Below, piece after piece: positions 19,123 through 30,937 of a stretch of 64,000 nucleotides of DNA. Within the stretch, counting starts at the first letter, position 1, and each line of letters begins with the position of its first letter. Under the pieces are notes generated by a model. That model did not search any database and was not told the DNA's origin. It worked only from the letters and a program-made list of their open reading frames with translations. The stretch spans positions 2,287-66,286 of the forward strand of contig JAYZXD010000026.1 of the NCBI GenBank assembly GCA_036141595.1. The letters are read 5' to 3'. The stretch is from Bacteroidota bacterium (GTDB lineage: Bacteria; Bacteroidota; Bacteroidia; Flavobacteriales; BACL11). A program made the translations under genes and the position numbers.

Positions 19123-20121
19123 ATGAATGAAAAAGAAAAAAATGAAAAATTAAAGGTATTAGAACTTACCATAGGTAAATTAGAAAAGTCTTATGGTAAA
19201 GGCATCTTGATGAAATTAGGAGATAAAGTTGATGGTGATGTTGCGTCAATTCCTACTGGATCAGTAAGTTTAGATATAGCTTTAGGAGTTGGAGGTTACC
19301 CAAGAGGAAGAGTTATCGAGATTTATGGACCCGAATCATCTGGTAAAACAACATTAACAATACATGCAATTGCTGAAGTTCAAAAACAAGGTGGTGTCGC
19401 AGCATTTATTGATGCCGAGCATGCATTTGACTCATCATATGCATCTGCATTAGGTGTAGATCTTGAAAATTTATATATATCACAGCCAGACAATGGAGAA
19501 CAGGCATTAGAAATAGCAGATCATCTTATCAGCTCTGGAGCAGTAGATTTAGTTGTTATAGATTCAGTAGCAGCTTTAACACCAAAATCAGAAATAGAAG
19601 GCGAAATGGGGGATAGTAAAATGGGTTTACATGCTAGATTAATGTCTCAAGCTTTAAGAAAATTAACTGCAACTATTCACAAAACAAACTGTACTGTTAT
19701 ATTTATAAATCAAATAAGAATGAAGATTGGAGTCATGTTTGGTAATCCTGAAACTACAACCGGTGGAAATGCCTTAAAATTTTATTCATCAGTGCGTCTT
19801 GATATTAGAAGAGTAGGAGCTATTAAAAATGGAGATGAAGTTATTGGAAATAGAACAAGAGTCAAAGTTGTTAAAAATAAAGTCGCGCCTCCCTTTAGAA
19901 AAGTTGAGTTTGATATTATGTTTGGTCAAGGTATTTCTCGTTCTGGAGAAATATTAGACATTGCAACAGAATTAGGAGTTATTCAAAAATCTGGCTCATG
20001 GTTTTCTTATCAAGACACAAAGTTAGGTCAAGGAAGAGATGCTGTTAAGAAAATCATTGCTGATAACCCAGAGTTGTGTCAAGAAATTGAATTAAAAATT
20101 AAAGAGGGCGCTGAAGGATAG
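19123..20121 (+). CDS. recA: Recombinase RecA
   Basis: 332 aa. Walker A is [10 protein letters not shown]. Canonical RecA blocks are present: FIDAEHALD-like [18 protein letters not shown] and [18 protein letters not shown]. Confidence 0.95.
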   Translation: MNEKEKNEKLKVLELTIGKLEKSYGKGILMKLGDKVDGDVASIPTGSVSLDIALGVGGYPRGRVIEIYGPESSGKTTLTIHAIAEVQKQGGVAAFIDAEHAFDSSYASALGVDLENLYISQPDNGEQALEIADHLISSGAVDLVVIDSVAALTPKSEIEGEMGDSKMGLHARLMSQALRKLTATIHKTNCTVIFINQIRMKIGVMFGNPETTTGGNALKFYSSVRLDIRRVGAIKNGDEVIGNRTRVKVVKNKVAPPFRKVEFDIMFGQGISRSGEILDIATELGVIQKSGSWFSYQDTKLGQGRDAVKKIIADNPELCQEIELKIKEGAEG

Positions 20122-20125
20122 ACTG

Positions 20126-21199
20126 ATGTATAAATTTTTTTTTCTTTTTATTATTTTATTTTCAAGCTGTGGTAATAAAAAAGATGATAGCTTTTATAAA
20201 CAAGATAAGAATCAAATATATAAAACTACTTCAAATTTAATTGGTTACAATCAAAATAATAAAATAGATTATTTATCTCTTTTTTTATCATCAAATTATA
20301 TATCTGTTGATTCTTTGTATAAAACAATTAATTACCTTATTTCTATTAATGATTTGAGCGCGGCTATTAAATATGCTGAGGATATTATTAAGCTTGAACC
20401 GAAAAAATCTAAAAGTTATTTAAATCTTGCCAATATTTACTTTGAGCTTTCTAAAAAGAGAAATGCTAATCCTTCATTTCCATCTTTGGTAAAACAAAAT
20501 CTTGAAAAGTCAATTGAATTAGATAACCAAAACTTTATTGCATATTCTTTAATGGGTGAGTTGCTTTTGGCTTCTGGGGATTATCAAGAGTCTGTAAATT
20601 TTTTAACTAAATCATTACAAATTAATTATAATCAAGAAAATACACATCTTTTATTAGGATATACTTTTAAGCAGTTAAAAGAATACCCTAAAGCAATCGA
20701 TTGCTTTAGAAATTCGTTACTAATTAATCCATCTTTTTTTGAAGCTAACATGCAATTAGGTCAGATTTATCATTTGTTAAAAGACAAAAATGCAATACTT
20801 TATTATGATAATGCAATAAAGTTAGATTCAAAAAATGAACTTGTTTTATACAATAAAGCTCTGTTTTATCAAGATATGCAAGAATGGAATAATGCATTGT
20901 CAGCATATGCAGAACTTCATGAAGTAAATAAGTTTCATTCTGATAGTCATTATAATTTAGGATTTATTCATATGGAGCTTGAATTATATGATATCGCTGC
21001 AAATAATTTTTCAGATGCTATCTATTCCAACTCTTCATTTTATCAGGCTTATTACGCAAGAGGAATATGTTTTGAAACTTTAGGTAATATTAAACAAGCA
21101 GAATCAGACTATAAAAGAGCTATTCAATTAAATCCAGATTATTATTACGCCATTGATGCTTTAAGTCTGTTGCAACAAAAAAACGATGTAATTAATTAG
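20126..21199 (+). CDS. TPR-repeat lipoprotein
   Basis: 357 aa with a lipobox (LFSSCGNKK). It carries multiple 34-residue TPR-like units (A..Y..AI.L.P). It starts 4 nt after recA. Confidence 0.6.
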   Translation: MYKFFFLFIILFSSCGNKKDDSFYKQDKNQIYKTTSNLIGYNQNNKIDYLSLFLSSNYISVDSLYKTINYLISINDLSAAIKYAEDIIKLEPKKSKSYLNLANIYFELSKKRNANPSFPSLVKQNLEKSIELDNQNFIAYSLMGELLLASGDYQESVNFLTKSLQINYNQENTHLLLGYTFKQLKEYPKAIDCFRNSLLINPSFFEANMQLGQIYHLLKDKNAILYYDNAIKLDSKNELVLYNKALFYQDMQEWNNALSAYAELHEVNKFHSDSHYNLGFIHMELELYDIAANNFSDAIYSNSSFYQAYYARGICFETLGNIKQAESDYKRAIQLNPDYYYAIDALSLLQQKNDVIN

Positions 21200-21232
21200 T
21201 GATATAGTGTTTACTTGATCAAAGCAAATAAA

Positions 21233-21577
21233 TTACTTTACTTTTTCTATAATTGCCTTAAATGTAGTGGGATGATTCATTGCTAAATCTGCTAACACTT
21301 TCCTGTTTAAGTCAATTTTGTTGGATTTAATTTTTCCCATAAATTGAGAGTATGACATCCCATGCAATCTAGCCCCCGCATTTATTCTTTGTATCCAAAG
21401 TGCTCTAAAATTTCTTTTTTTGTTTTTTCTATCTCTATATGCATATTGTAGGCCTTTTTCAACAGCATTTTTTGCTACTGTATGAACATTTTTTCTTCTA
21501 CCGAAATATCCTTTAGAGGCTTTTAAAATTTTTTTTCTTCTAGCTTTGGCAGCTACAGAGTTTACTGATCTTGGCAT
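21233..21577 (-). CDS. rplT: 50S ribosomal protein L20
   Basis: 114 aa. [30 protein letters not shown] is typical of L20. Confidence 0.95.
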   Translation of the reverse strand: MPRSVNSVAAKARRKKILKASKGYFGRRKNVHTVAKNAVEKGLQYAYRDRKNKKRNFRALWIQRINAGARLHGMSYSQFMGKIKSNKIDLNRKVLADLAMNHPTTFKAIIEKVK

Positions 21578-21651
21578 TTTTCTTTGTTTTTTGTTGTATA
21601 GTGACTTTTAAGTGCTTAAAACTATAAAACTGGTTAATAACCTATTTTCAA

Positions 21652-21846
21652 TTATAAACCTAACTGAAGTTTTACATTTTTTGTATCTGATTTCGATACA
21701 TATGCTGTTTTAGTTAAGTTGTGTTTTTGTTTTGTTTCTTTTTTTGTCAAAATATGTGATTTAAACGCTTGTTTTCTCTTTAATTTTCCGGAACCAGTTA
21801 ACTTAAATCTTTTTTTGGCTCCAGCTTTAGTTTTCATTTTTGGCAT
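21652..21846 (-). CDS. rpmI: 50S ribosomal protein L35
   Basis: 64 aa. [36 protein letters not shown] is typical of L35. Confidence 0.95.
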   Translation of the reverse strand: MPKMKTKAGAKKRFKLTGSGKLKRKQAFKSHILTKKETKQKHNLTKTAYVSKSDTKNVKLQLGL

Positions 21847-21850
21847 TGTC

Positions 21851-22405
21851 TTATTTTTTTATTTTTTTTGGTGCAATTATCATTATCATTTTTTTTCCAT
21901 CTAGCTTTGGCATTTCTTCAACAACTCCAACATCCTCTAAGGCCTGAGCTAGCTTCAGAAGTAAAATCTGTCCTTGTTCTTTAAAAACAATTGTTCTTCC
22001 TCTAAAAAATACAAAGGCTCTCACTTTTGCTCCGTCTGCAAGAAAGCTTTTTGCATGTTTTAGTTTGAAATCAAAATCATGATCACCAGTGTTAGGACCA
22101 AATCTTAATTCTTTAATAACAATTTTTTGACTTTTATTTTGTATGTTTTTTAATTTCTTTTTTTGGTCATAGATGAATTTTTTGTAATCTATTATTTTGC
22201 AAACAGGAGGATCCGCGTTTGGAGAAATTTCAACAAGATCAAGACCCAGTTTTTGAGCTGTGCTTATTGCATCATCTAATGAGCATATTTTTGCTTCTAC
22301 GTCATCACCTACCATCCTCACAAATGGTGATGTAATTTCTCTATTTGTCTTGTGTAATTTTTTCTTAATTACTCGTCCTTTAAATGATTTTCTCCTTTGT
22401 ACGAT
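21851..22405 (-). CDS. infC: Translation initiation factor IF-3, probably initiated at a non-canonical AUC/AUU codon
   Basis: The conserved core VRMVGDDVE...[23 protein letters not shown] is present. The frame stays open upstream of the listed GTG (22321) as far as the thrS stop codon. That stretch encodes [28 protein letters not shown], where HKTNREI aligns with the conserved H-R-I-N-x-x-I of IF-3 N-termini. It contains no ATG, GTG or TTG; only ATC (22403-22405) and ATT (22367-22369) are available. The 5' boundary is therefore uncertain. Confidence 0.75.
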   Translation of the reverse strand: MVQRRKSFKGRVIKKKLHKTNREITSPFVRMVGDDVEAKICSLDDAISTAQKLGLDLVEISPNADPPVCKIIDYKKFIYDQKKKLKNIQNKSQKIVIKELRFGPNTGDHDFDFKLKHAKSFLADGAKVRAFVFFRGRTIVFKEQGQILLLKLAQALEDVGVVEEMPKLDGKKMIMIIAPKKIKK

Positions 22406-22417
22406 TTTTCTTTTTTT

Positions 22418-24361
22418 TTAGTTATTAAATTTTATTATACTTCTGATTTCTTTTTTTATTAAATTCTTAAATTCATCAACCTTCATACTTCCTAAGTTTT
22501 CGCCTCCATGCTTTCGTATTGTAACTACATCTTCTTTAACTTCTTTCTCACCTACTATTATTATGTATGGCAATTTTGAAACTTCAGCATCTCTAATCTT
22601 TCTGCCTGTTGTTTCTGCTCTACGATCAATAGGGCCGCAAATATCGTATTTTTTTAGAAAACTCAATACTTTTTCAGCATAATCATGGTATTTTTCACTT
22701 ATTGGAAGTATTATAAATTGTTCAGGCGCTAGCCATATAGGAAAATTACCATTACAATGTTCAATAAGAACAGCAATAAACCTCTCCATAGATCCAAAAG
22801 GAGCTCGATGAATCATTACGGGTCTATGCTTTTTATTATCTGGCCCAATATACTCTAGTTCAAAACGTTCTGGTAAGTTATAATCTACTTGTATTGTTCC
22901 TAACTGCCATTCTCTTCCTATTGCATCCTTAACCATAAAGTCTAGCTTAGGACCATAAAATGCAGCTTCACCATATTCAACAACAGTATCTAATTTCTTT
23001 TCGTTAGAAGCCTCAATAATGGCTTGTTCTGCTTTTTCCCAATTATCGTCAGATCCAATGTATTTTTCTTTATTTTCTTTGTCTCTTAAGGAGATTTGAG
23101 TTTTAAATTCTGTAAATCCAAGTGCATTAAAAATGAAAAGGACTAAATCAATAACATTAATAAATTCTTCTTTTAATTGGTCAGGACGTGCAAAAATATG
23201 TGCATCATCTTGAGTAAATCCTCTAACACGAGTTAATCCATGAAGTTCTCCTGACTGTTCATAACGATAAACGGTTCCGAACTCTGCTAATCTAATGGGA
23301 AGATCTTTATAAGAATACTGTTTTGATGCATAAATTTCACAATGATGTGGACAATTCATTGGTTTTAAGAAAAACTCTTCACCCTCGTTTGGTGTTTTTA
23401 TAGGTTGAAATGAATCCTCTCCATATTTATCATAGTGACCTGATTGAATATATAACTCTTTATTTCCAATGTGTGGAGTTGTTACAGTAAGATAGCCAGC
23501 TTTTTCTTGTGCTTCTTTTAAAAAATTTTCCAATTTTTCTTTTAGTTTAGTCCCTTTTGGTAGCCACATAGGCAAGCCTTGACCTACTTTTTGAGAAAAG
23601 GTAAATAGTTCCATTTCTCTACCAATTTTTCTATGGTCACGCTTTTTTGCTTGCTCTAAAAAATCTAAATAGCTGATTAGTTCTTTTTGTTTTGGAAAAG
23701 ATATACCATAAATACGTGTTAGTTGCTTTCTTTTTTCATCTCCTCTCCAATAAGCACCAGCAACATTTAATAGCTTTATCGCTTTTATTTTTTCAGATGA
23801 GGAAATATGTGGACCTTTACATAGATCAGTAAAGTTTCCTTGAGTATAAAAAGTAATATCGCCATCTTTTAAATTTTCAATTAATTCTAGTTTATACTCA
23901 TCACCTTTTTCTTTAAAGTAAGAATAAGCTTGACTTTTTGAAACTTTTTTTCTTTCAAATTTTAATTTCTTGGAAGATAATTCTTTCATTTTTGATTCAA
24001 TTTTTGAAAAATCGTCTGATGAAAGCATCTTTCCGTTTAAATCAATATCATAATAGAAGCCATTTTCTATCGCAGGACCAATACCAAATTTTACTCCTGG
24101 GTAAAGCTCTTCTAATGCCTCGGCCATTATATGTGCGGTAGAGTGCCAAAAGCACTTTTTTCCTTCAGAATCACTCCAAGTATGAAGTTTTAAAGATGAA
24201 TCTTCATGAATTGGTCTATCTAAATCCCACAATTCTTTGTTAACACTTGCACAAAGTACATTTCTGGCTAATCCTTCAGAGATACTAATAGCAATTTCTA
24301 GCGGTGATGTACCCTTATTAACTTCTTTTATGCTACCGTCTGGTAAAGATATTTTTATCAT
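22418..24361 (-). CDS. thrS: Threonine--tRNA ligase
   Basis: 647 aa. It has an N-terminal TGS domain ([10 protein letters not shown]), an editing-domain motif ([10 protein letters not shown]) and class II motifs ([26 protein letters not shown]). Confidence 0.95.
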   Translation of the reverse strand: MIKISLPDGSIKEVNKGTSPLEIAISISEGLARNVLCASVNKELWDLDRPIHEDSSLKLHTWSDSEGKKCFWHSTAHIMAEALEELYPGVKFGIGPAIENGFYYDIDLNGKMLSSDDFSKIESKMKELSSKKLKFERKKVSKSQAYSYFKEKGDEYKLELIENLKDGDITFYTQGNFTDLCKGPHISSSEKIKAIKLLNVAGAYWRGDEKRKQLTRIYGISFPKQKELISYLDFLEQAKKRDHRKIGREMELFTFSQKVGQGLPMWLPKGTKLKEKLENFLKEAQEKAGYLTVTTPHIGNKELYIQSGHYDKYGEDSFQPIKTPNEGEEFFLKPMNCPHHCEIYASKQYSYKDLPIRLAEFGTVYRYEQSGELHGLTRVRGFTQDDAHIFARPDQLKEEFINVIDLVLFIFNALGFTEFKTQISLRDKENKEKYIGSDDNWEKAEQAIIEASNEKKLDTVVEYGEAAFYGPKLDFMVKDAIGREWQLGTIQVDYNLPERFELEYIGPDNKKHRPVMIHRAPFGSMERFIAVLIEHCNGNFPIWLAPEQFIILPISEKYHDYAEKVLSFLKKYDICGPIDRRAETTGRKIRDAEVSKLPYIIIVGEKEVKEDVVTIRKHGGENLGSMKVDEFKNLIKKEIRSIIKFNN

Positions 24362-24402
24362 TTATTAATTTAAAGATTGCAAATATAAGAATTGGATCTT
24401 AT

Positions 24403-26034
24403 TTATGTTTGTATTACTCCAGGATTGTATCTTTCTTTTATTGGAGAATGATTGGCTGCTTCAATTCCAATTGAAATGATTTCTCTTGTCTCAAGTGGAT
24501 CAATTATATTGTCAACCCACAGACGAGATGCTGCATAATATGGTGATGTTTCTATTTCATATTTTTCTTTTATGTTATTTAAAATAGATTTTTCTTTGTT
24601 GGTATCAATTCTTTCTCCATTTGCTTCAAGTTTTGATTTTTCAATTTGAAGTAATACTTTAGCGGCCTGCTCTCCCCCCATAACTCCTAATTTTGCTGTA
24701 GGCCATGCTACAATTAACCTTGGGTCATATGCTTTACCACACATTGCGTAATTACCAGCGCCATATGAATTTCCAATAATGATTGTGAATTTTGGTACAA
24801 CAGAATTAGACATAGTATTTACCATTTTAGCTCCATCTTTTATAATTCCTGCATGTTCTGATTTAGATCCTACCATAAAACCTGTAACATCTTGAAGAAA
24901 TACGAGGGGGATTTTTTTTTGATTACAATTTGCAATAAAACGTGCAGATTTATCAGCAGAGTCAGAGTAAATGACGCCACCAAATTGGACTTCTCCTTTT
25001 TTAGTTTTTATAATTTCTCTTTGGTTTGCAACAATACCAACTGCCCATCCGTCAATTCTTGAATATCCACAAATGATTGATTTACCATAATTTTCTTTAT
25101 ATTCTTCAAATATTGAATTATCAACTAAGCGATATATAATTTCTTTCATGTCATATGGTTTAGATCTCTCTCTTGGAAGAATTCCATAAATTTCTTTTTC
25201 ATTTTTTTTTGGTTTGACAGCTATAGCTCTATCAAATCCAGCTTTATTATAATCACCTATCTTATCTACTAAAGATTTAATTTTATCAAGCGCATCTTTA
25301 TCATTTTTAGCTTTATAGTCTGTTACACCAGAAATTTCGCAATGAGTTGTTGCGCCACCAAGTTCTTCATTATTAATATTTTCACCAATTGCTGCTTTTA
25401 CTAAGTAACTTCCTGCTAAAAAAATATTTGCAGTTTTATCTACAATAATAGATTCATCACTCATAATGGGTAAATATGCTCCTCCAGCTACACATGAACC
25501 CATTATTGCTGAAATTTGATTTATTCCTAACGAACTCATTTTTGCATTATTTCTAAAAATTCGTCCAAAATGTTCTTTATCAGGAAATATTTCATCTTGC
25601 ATTGGAAGAAATACACCAGCACTATCAACTAAGTAAATTATTGGTAGTTTATTTTCTATAGAAATTTCTTGAAGTCTTAAATTTTTTTTTGCTGTAATTG
25701 GAAACCAGGAACCAGCTTTAACCGTGGCATCATTCGCTACAACTACGCATAATTTACCTCCTATATAAATTAATCCACCTACTACTCCTCCAGCAGGACA
25801 TCCGCCATATTCCTCATACATTTTGTATCCTGCAAAGGATCCAATTTCTAAAAATTTTGAATCAGAGTCTTTTAAATAATTAATTCTTTCTCTAGCTGTG
25901 AGTTTTCCTTTTTGATGTTGTTTTGTTATTTTTTGTTTTCCACCCCCTAATGATATGATAGAATACTTTCTTTTCATATCAGAAATTAGCAATCTTATTT
26001 TATCATCATTTTTATTAAAATCTAAATCGGCCAT
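24403..26034 (-). CDS. Acyl-CoA carboxylase carboxyltransferase (beta) subunit, methylcrotonyl-/propionyl-CoA carboxylase-like
   Basis: 543 aa with two carboxyltransferase halves. The N-terminus LGGGKQKITKQHQKGKLTARERINYL is typical of MccB/PccB-type beta subunits. Substrate specificity cannot be read from the sequence by eye. Confidence 0.75.
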   Translation of the reverse strand: MADLDFNKNDDKIRLLISDMKRKYSIISLGGGKQKITKQHQKGKLTARERINYLKDSDSKFLEIGSFAGYKMYEEYGGCPAGGVVGGLIYIGGKLCVVVANDATVKAGSWFPITAKKNLRLQEISIENKLPIIYLVDSAGVFLPMQDEIFPDKEHFGRIFRNNAKMSSLGINQISAIMGSCVAGGAYLPIMSDESIIVDKTANIFLAGSYLVKAAIGENINNEELGGATTHCEISGVTDYKAKNDKDALDKIKSLVDKIGDYNKAGFDRAIAVKPKKNEKEIYGILPRERSKPYDMKEIIYRLVDNSIFEEYKENYGKSIICGYSRIDGWAVGIVANQREIIKTKKGEVQFGGVIYSDSADKSARFIANCNQKKIPLVFLQDVTGFMVGSKSEHAGIIKDGAKMVNTMSNSVVPKFTIIIGNSYGAGNYAMCGKAYDPRLIVAWPTAKLGVMGGEQAAKVLLQIEKSKLEANGERIDTNKEKSILNNIKEKYEIETSPYYAASRLWVDNIIDPLETREIISIGIEAANHSPIKERYNPGVIQT

Positions 26035-26088
26035 AAATATTTTTTTTCAAAAATAGAAAAATAGAAATTATAAAATTATGAGACTACA

Positions 26089-26718
26089 TTAACTTATAAT
26101 TCCTATGTCATTAATGTGTGCTGTCTTATTAATGTTTTTAAGATAATTTTGAGATTCGGGACCTAAATTAAAGATAAGATCAATTATCGATAGGTTATTT
26201 ATAAATGCAGATTTATTGTAAAAAACTTGGTCATATTTTTTTAAACTTATACTGTCCCAGCTAAAATTTCTTAAGTCTATAAATTCTCCCTTTTTATCAT
26301 AAATCAGTGTTTTTAGAACATTATTTTCATAATTTAAAAATTTGAGTATCTTTTTATTAATCTTTTGCGTGAATGAAAATAAATAAGTTTCTTTTTCAAT
26401 AAAACAATCGTACAATTCGTTTTTATAGTATTTGAAAAATGGAGATGAGTTGTAATTAGTAATTATAGAATTCCAATGTTTTTTTTGCCAATTTTCATTA
26501 TAGCATATTTTGATTTTAGTTATTTTTTTATCAGTATTTTTTTTAACTGGAATACTTAATTTTAGTTTTCCATTTGAAGTGTATATGTTACAGTGATTTC
26601 GAATACTTCTTCTTACAAAATTTTCTCCTGAGTCAATTATACATTTATTATTCACTAGAACTCCAAAATACATAATTGGAGCGAAATATGCAGATGGTAA
26701 AATGATTTTACTTGACAC
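26089..26718 (-). CDS. WbqC-like family protein
   Basis: 209 aa. It resembles flavobacterial WbqC-family proteins (PSAYFAPI..., [24 protein letters not shown]). The function of this family is unknown. Confidence 0.6.
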   Translation of the reverse strand: MSSKIILPSAYFAPIMYFGVLVNNKCIIDSGENFVRRSIRNHCNIYTSNGKLKLSIPVKKNTDKKITKIKICYNENWQKKHWNSIITNYNSSPFFKYYKNELYDCFIEKETYLFSFTQKINKKILKFLNYENNVLKTLIYDKKGEFIDLRNFSWDSISLKKYDQVFYNKSAFINNLSIIDLIFNLGPESQNYLKNINKTAHINDIGIIS

Positions 26719-28051
26719 TTTTGAAAAGTCTATTCCACCTAATTTTTTTGAATCCTTTTGCTCTCTTATCCCAACTCATCCAAATAAATAGTGCTTTTCC
26801 TACTATATGATCTTCTGGAACAAATCCCCAAACTCTACTGTCTGCAGAGTTATGTCTATTATCACCCATCATCCAGTAGTAGTTCATTTTAAATGTATAT
26901 TTTGTGGCTATTTTATTGTTTATATAAATGATATTATTTATTGTTTTTAAAGAATTATTCTCGTATCTTTCAATAATATCCTTATAAAGAGGAAGATTTT
27001 TACTTGTTAAGTTTATTGTTACTCCCTTTTTAGGAATGGTAATCGGGCCATAATTATCTTCGTTCCAATTATATGGATTATTATAAAGAAATTTATTTGG
27101 ATTACTAAACTGCCAGTTATTTGAAAACATTTCAAAACCGGATCCATCTGTTTGTTTTGTGATTTCAGATATATAAGGTTGTGTTTTTAAATCTAAAATA
27201 GCGTCAGATGTGGCATTAAAATTATACTCAATAATGTTATTTTCTATTTTTTTTATTTGAAAATCAGAATTTTGATTTGATGCATTAATATCAATATTAT
27301 AGTTAGTATTTATATCATATTTCTCATATAGAAGTTCCTCATTTAGTCTAGTTTTTGATTTAATAATATATTTAGCTTGCTTTTTCATTCCTTTGGGCTC
27401 ATTGTGAGGTAATTTGTTAATAAATAAATCACCATCTTTAATTTCAATAATATCGCCAGGTAATCCAACACACCTTTTAACATAATTATCTTTTTTGTCA
27501 ATTGGTCTTCCTTTATTTTCAGCAGGCCAGTTAAAGACAACACAATCATTTCTTTTTATTTTACTTAACCCTTTCATTCTATGAAATGGAATTTTAATTT
27601 TTTCGGAATAAGATTTACCTCCAGTTAAAGGCATTGTATGATGTACTAAAGGAAAAGCAAGTGGTGTCATTGGAACTCTGGGGCCATAGCTTAATTTACT
27701 TACAAACAAAAAGTCTCCTACTAACATAGATTTTTCCATGGAAGATGTAGGTATTGTGTAAGCCTCAATTAGAAATGTTCTTAAAATTGTGGCAGCAATT
27801 ACCGCAAAACCTATTGCATCAACCCATGTTCTGAATTCACTTTTTTTTCTTTTTTCTTTTTTTTCTTTGTTTTTCTTCCAAAAATGCCACGGGATTGTTT
27901 TCCAAAATAAAATATCACCAACTAATAAAGGAACAAAATAAAGCCATTCCCCTCCAATTAAATAAATAAAAATAGTCCATATTATTGTTCCTAAAATAAA
28001 TAAGAACCCTGTTGATTGTTTTTTTAAAAAATTAAGTGCTTTGTTGATCAT
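26708..28051 (-). CDS. lepB: Signal peptidase I (long Bacteroidetes form)
   Basis: 447 aa. The catalytic Ser box is [18 protein letters not shown]. The Lys box region is [11 protein letters not shown]. The C-terminal box is [25 protein letters not shown]. Confidence 0.9.
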   Translation of the reverse strand: MINKALNFLKKQSTGFLFILGTIIWTIFIYLIGGEWLYFVPLLVGDILFWKTIPWHFWKKNKEKKEKRKKSEFRTWVDAIGFAVIAATILRTFLIEAYTIPTSSMEKSMLVGDFLFVSKLSYGPRVPMTPLAFPLVHHTMPLTGGKSYSEKIKIPFHRMKGLSKIKRNDCVVFNWPAENKGRPIDKKDNYVKRCVGLPGDIIEIKDGDLFINKLPHNEPKGMKKQAKYIIKSKTRLNEELLYEKYDINTNYNIDINASNQNSDFQIKKIENNIIEYNFNATSDAILDLKTQPYISEITKQTDGSGFEMFSNNWQFSNPNKFLYNNPYNWNEDNYGPITIPKKGVTINLTSKNLPLYKDIIERYENNSLKTINNIIYINNKIATKYTFKMNYYWMMGDNRHNSADSRVWGFVPEDHIVGKALFIWMSWDKRAKGFKKIRWNRLFKSVK

Positions 28052-28052
28052 A

Positions 28053-28727
28053 TCATATTAATTCGTGAATAACGTCAGACATTTCAAAAATACCTTTTTT
28101 ATCTTTAATCCATTCCGCCGCCATAATTGCCCCTAAAGCAAAGCCATCTCTGTTAAATGCTGAGTGTTTTACTTCAATCTTATCAAAATCTGAAACATAA
28201 TTTACTAAATGAGTACCTGGCTCTTTATTGACTCTTTCGCTAGAAATACTGATATTTTTATTTAAAATTTTTTCTAGTTTTTTTGATATTGTAATTGCTG
28301 TGCCGCTTGGTGAATCTAATTTATGTTTGTGATGTATTTCATGTAATGAAGTGTCATAATTTTTATTCTTCATAATTTTTGCTATTTCTTCATTTATTTT
28401 AAAAAAAATATTTACACCGATACTAAAATTAGATGCGTATAAAAATGTTCCATTATATTCAAGACATTTTTTATTTATTTCCTCTTTTTTTTCTAACCAA
28501 CCAGTAGTTCCAGCTACAACAGGTACTCCATTTTGAATTGCATATTTAATATTTTCAAATGCAGTGGTTGGGGTACTAAATTCAATTGCAACTTCAGCAT
28601 TTTCAATTGTTGAGAATTTGGCAGGTCTTTTTGAATCGGTAATGCACACTATTTCATGACCTTTTTTAATAGCAATTTGAGAAATTTTCTTTCCCATTTT
28701 TCCATTTCCAAATATTGCGATTTTCAT
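28053..28727 (-). CDS. dapB: 4-hydroxy-tetrahydrodipicolinate reductase
   Basis: 224 aa. The NAD(P) motif is [13 protein letters not shown] and the catalytic motif is [15 protein letters not shown]. Confidence 0.85.
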   Translation of the reverse strand: MKIAIFGNGKMGKKISQIAIKKGHEIVCITDSKRPAKFSTIENAEVAIEFSTPTTAFENIKYAIQNGVPVVAGTTGWLEKKEEINKKCLEYNGTFLYASNFSIGVNIFFKINEEIAKIMKNKNYDTSLHEIHHKHKLDSPSGTAITISKKLEKILNKNISISSERVNKEPGTHLVNYVSDFDKIEVKHSAFNRDGFALGAIMAAEWIKDKKGIFEMSDVIHELI

Positions 28728-28736
28728 AACACAAAC

Positions 28737-29246
28737 TTACAAATTTAATGACAATAGAATTCCAGCAGTTTCAGTATCATGAATGTATAGCGGTTGAAGT
28801 ATGAGCGATAAGTCTTCATTAATGTCATAACTAAATAAATGAGCATTAACTGATGCATCAATAATATTAATTAAATAAACACCAAGTAAACATAACGTAG
28901 ACACTTCTCTATTTCTTTTGTGGTAATTGGTCAAAGTTACTAGCTGAGCATTAGAATATTCAGAATATACAAGACCATTTCCTGATATTCTTTCTAGATA
29001 CCCATCTCTATAATTTTTAAATTTTGTATTTGATTCAATTACGTAGTAGAGGGATGTAGCTATTCCTGCATAGATAATAGGTATTTTCCAGTATTTTTTT
29101 GTGTAAAATTGTCCAGCTCCTGGTAAAATACTAGAGTATAATGCTGCTTTTTTTGGATCTTTATTTATTTTTTCTTGTGATTTAGCAGAAAGATAATTAA
29201 AGGCTAATAAAATGACTAAAACGGATTTTATTATTTTTAACTTCAA
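28737..29246 (-). CDS. DUF5683-family membrane protein
   Basis: 169 aa with a signal peptide. The motif SSILPGAGQFYTKKYWKIPIIYAG is typical of the Bacteroidetes DUF5683 family commonly found next to parB. Confidence 0.6.
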   Translation of the reverse strand: MKLKIIKSVLVILLAFNYLSAKSQEKINKDPKKAALYSSILPGAGQFYTKKYWKIPIIYAGIATSLYYVIESNTKFKNYRDGYLERISGNGLVYSEYSNAQLVTLTNYHKRNREVSTLCLLGVYLINIIDASVNAHLFSYDINEDLSLILQPLYIHDTETAGILLSLNL

Positions 29247-29249
29247 AAT

Positions 29250-30155
29250 TTATTTATTAAAACTATTAGTTATTCGCAAAAGATCCTCTTCGTTTTCAAA
29301 ATAGATAACTAATTTGCCTTTACCTTTTTTATTCATTTTAATATTTATGTCTGTGTTAAGACTTTTTGAGATATCGTGAAGTAACTTTTGATTTGAAAAA
29401 GACAGATCAGGTGTTTCAGTTTTTTTTGAAACTCGAACATATTTCTTATCAAAGAATTCTTTACAAATTTGTTCTACTTCTCTTACTGAGTATCCATGAG
29501 CCACTATGTCATGAAATAAATTAATTTGAGATTCCTCAGAGTGTATTGCTAATAATGGTCTAGCGTGGCCGTTGCTAATAACTTGTTCACGTAGTCCTTT
29601 TTGAATTATTAATGGAAGTTTTAATAAACGTAAAAAATTAGCCACAGTACTTCTACTTTTTCCCACACGTTCACTACAGGCCTCTTGACTAAGATTAACT
29701 TCATCAATTAGTCTTTTATAGCTTAGTGCAATTTCAATTGGATTTAAATTTTCCCTTTGGATATTTTCAATCAAGGCCATTTCAAGTGTTTCTTGATCAT
29801 TAGCTATTCTAATAAATGCAGGAATTTTTTTTAATCCAATTAATTTAGCTGCTCTTAATCGTCTTTCACCAGAAATTAATTGATAATTATTATTATTCAT
29901 TCTTCTAACTGTTATTGGCTGAATAATACCTAAATTTTCTATTGAAATAGCCAGTTCATTTAATTTTTCCTGGTTAAACTTTTCTCTTGGTTGAAACGGA
30001 TTGATAATAATTTGTGAAACAGATATATTAGTAAAGTTTTCTGACTTATTTAACGTGTTAGATTTTTTTTCAATTTTAAAACTTTTTGAACTATCATTGC
30101 TAACACCTAAAATTGATGATAGTCCTCTACCTAAAGCATTTCGATCTTTTTTCAT
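29250..30155 (-). CDS. parB: Chromosome partitioning protein ParB (Spo0J)
   Basis: 301 aa. The ParB box is GIIQPITVRR...YQLISGERRLRAAKL and the HTH is SQEACSERVGKSRSTVANFLRLL. Confidence 0.9.
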   Translation of the reverse strand: MKKDRNALGRGLSSILGVSNDSSKSFKIEKKSNTLNKSENFTNISVSQIIINPFQPREKFNQEKLNELAISIENLGIIQPITVRRMNNNNYQLISGERRLRAAKLIGLKKIPAFIRIANDQETLEMALIENIQRENLNPIEIALSYKRLIDEVNLSQEACSERVGKSRSTVANFLRLLKLPLIIQKGLREQVISNGHARPLLAIHSEESQINLFHDIVAHGYSVREVEQICKEFFDKKYVRVSKKTETPDLSFSNQKLLHDISKSLNTDINIKMNKKGKGKLVIYFENEEDLLRITNSFNK

Positions 30156-30160
30156 ATTAT

Positions 30161-30937
30161 TTATTCAACACTCAGTTCTAATTTTTGCAACAATTCATTT
30201 GCTAAGTTCATGTAATTTATTGCGCCTTTGCTTGTAGCATCATGAACTACAATTGTTTCACCAAATGAAGGTGATTCTCCTAAGCGAACATTTCTATGTA
30301 TAATAGTTTTAAATACTAAATCTTGAAAATGTTTTTTTACATCTTCAACAACTTGATTAGAGAGACGAAGTCTAGTATCGTACATAGTTAATAATAATCC
30401 TTCTGTTTCTAAATTAATGTTAAATTTCTGTTGTACAATCTTTATTGTGTTTAGTAGCTTCCCAAGCCCCTCTAGTGCAAAGTATTCGCACTGAATAGGA
30501 ACAATTACGCTATCTGCAGCAGATAATGCATTAAGTGTTAAGAGCCCAAGAGAAGGTGCGCAATCAATTATTATATAATCATACTCATTTTTTACAGATG
30601 TTAATGCATTTTGCATTTGAAACTCTCTATTTTCGAGATTAATTAATTCAAGTTCTGCACCAACTAAATTTATATTTGAAGGAAGTAAATATAAATTTGG
30701 ACTTTTTGTTTGCAAAATACAATCTTTAGTATTTGCCATGTTTATTATACATTCATAAAGCCCAATATTAATTTTTGTTGGATCATGACCAACACCAGAA
30801 GTTGAATTTGCTTGTGGATCTGCATCAACAAGTAAGATTTTTTTTTCTAATATTCCAAGACAAGCTGCTAAATTTATTGCAGTTGTAGTTTTTCCAACTC
30901 CTCCCTTTTGGTTAGCAATTGCGATAACTTTACCCAT
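30161..30937 (-). CDS. parA: Chromosome partitioning ATPase ParA (Soj)
   Basis: 258 aa with the deviant Walker [15 protein letters not shown]. It lies 5 nt upstream of parB. Confidence 0.9.
   Translation of the reverse strand: MGKVIAIANQKGGVGKTTTAINLAACLGILEKKILLVDADPQANSTSGVGHDPTKINIGLYECIINMANTKDCILQTKSPNLYLLPSNINLVGAELELINLENREFQMQNALTSVKNEYDYIIIDCAPSLGLLTLNALSAADSVIVPIQCEYFALEGLGKLLNTIKIVQQKFNINLETEGLLLTMYDTRLRLSNQVVEDVKKHFQDLVFKTIIHRNVRLGESPSFGETIVVHDATSKGAINYMNLANELLQKLELSVE

Noticed and set aside
30013-30020. parS-like half-site GTGAAACA inside parB
   Set aside because: Only one half of the 16-bp TGTTTCACGTGAAACA palindrome is present; the left half reads AATAATTT. It is not a credible parS. 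I could not scan the whole window exhaustively by eye.
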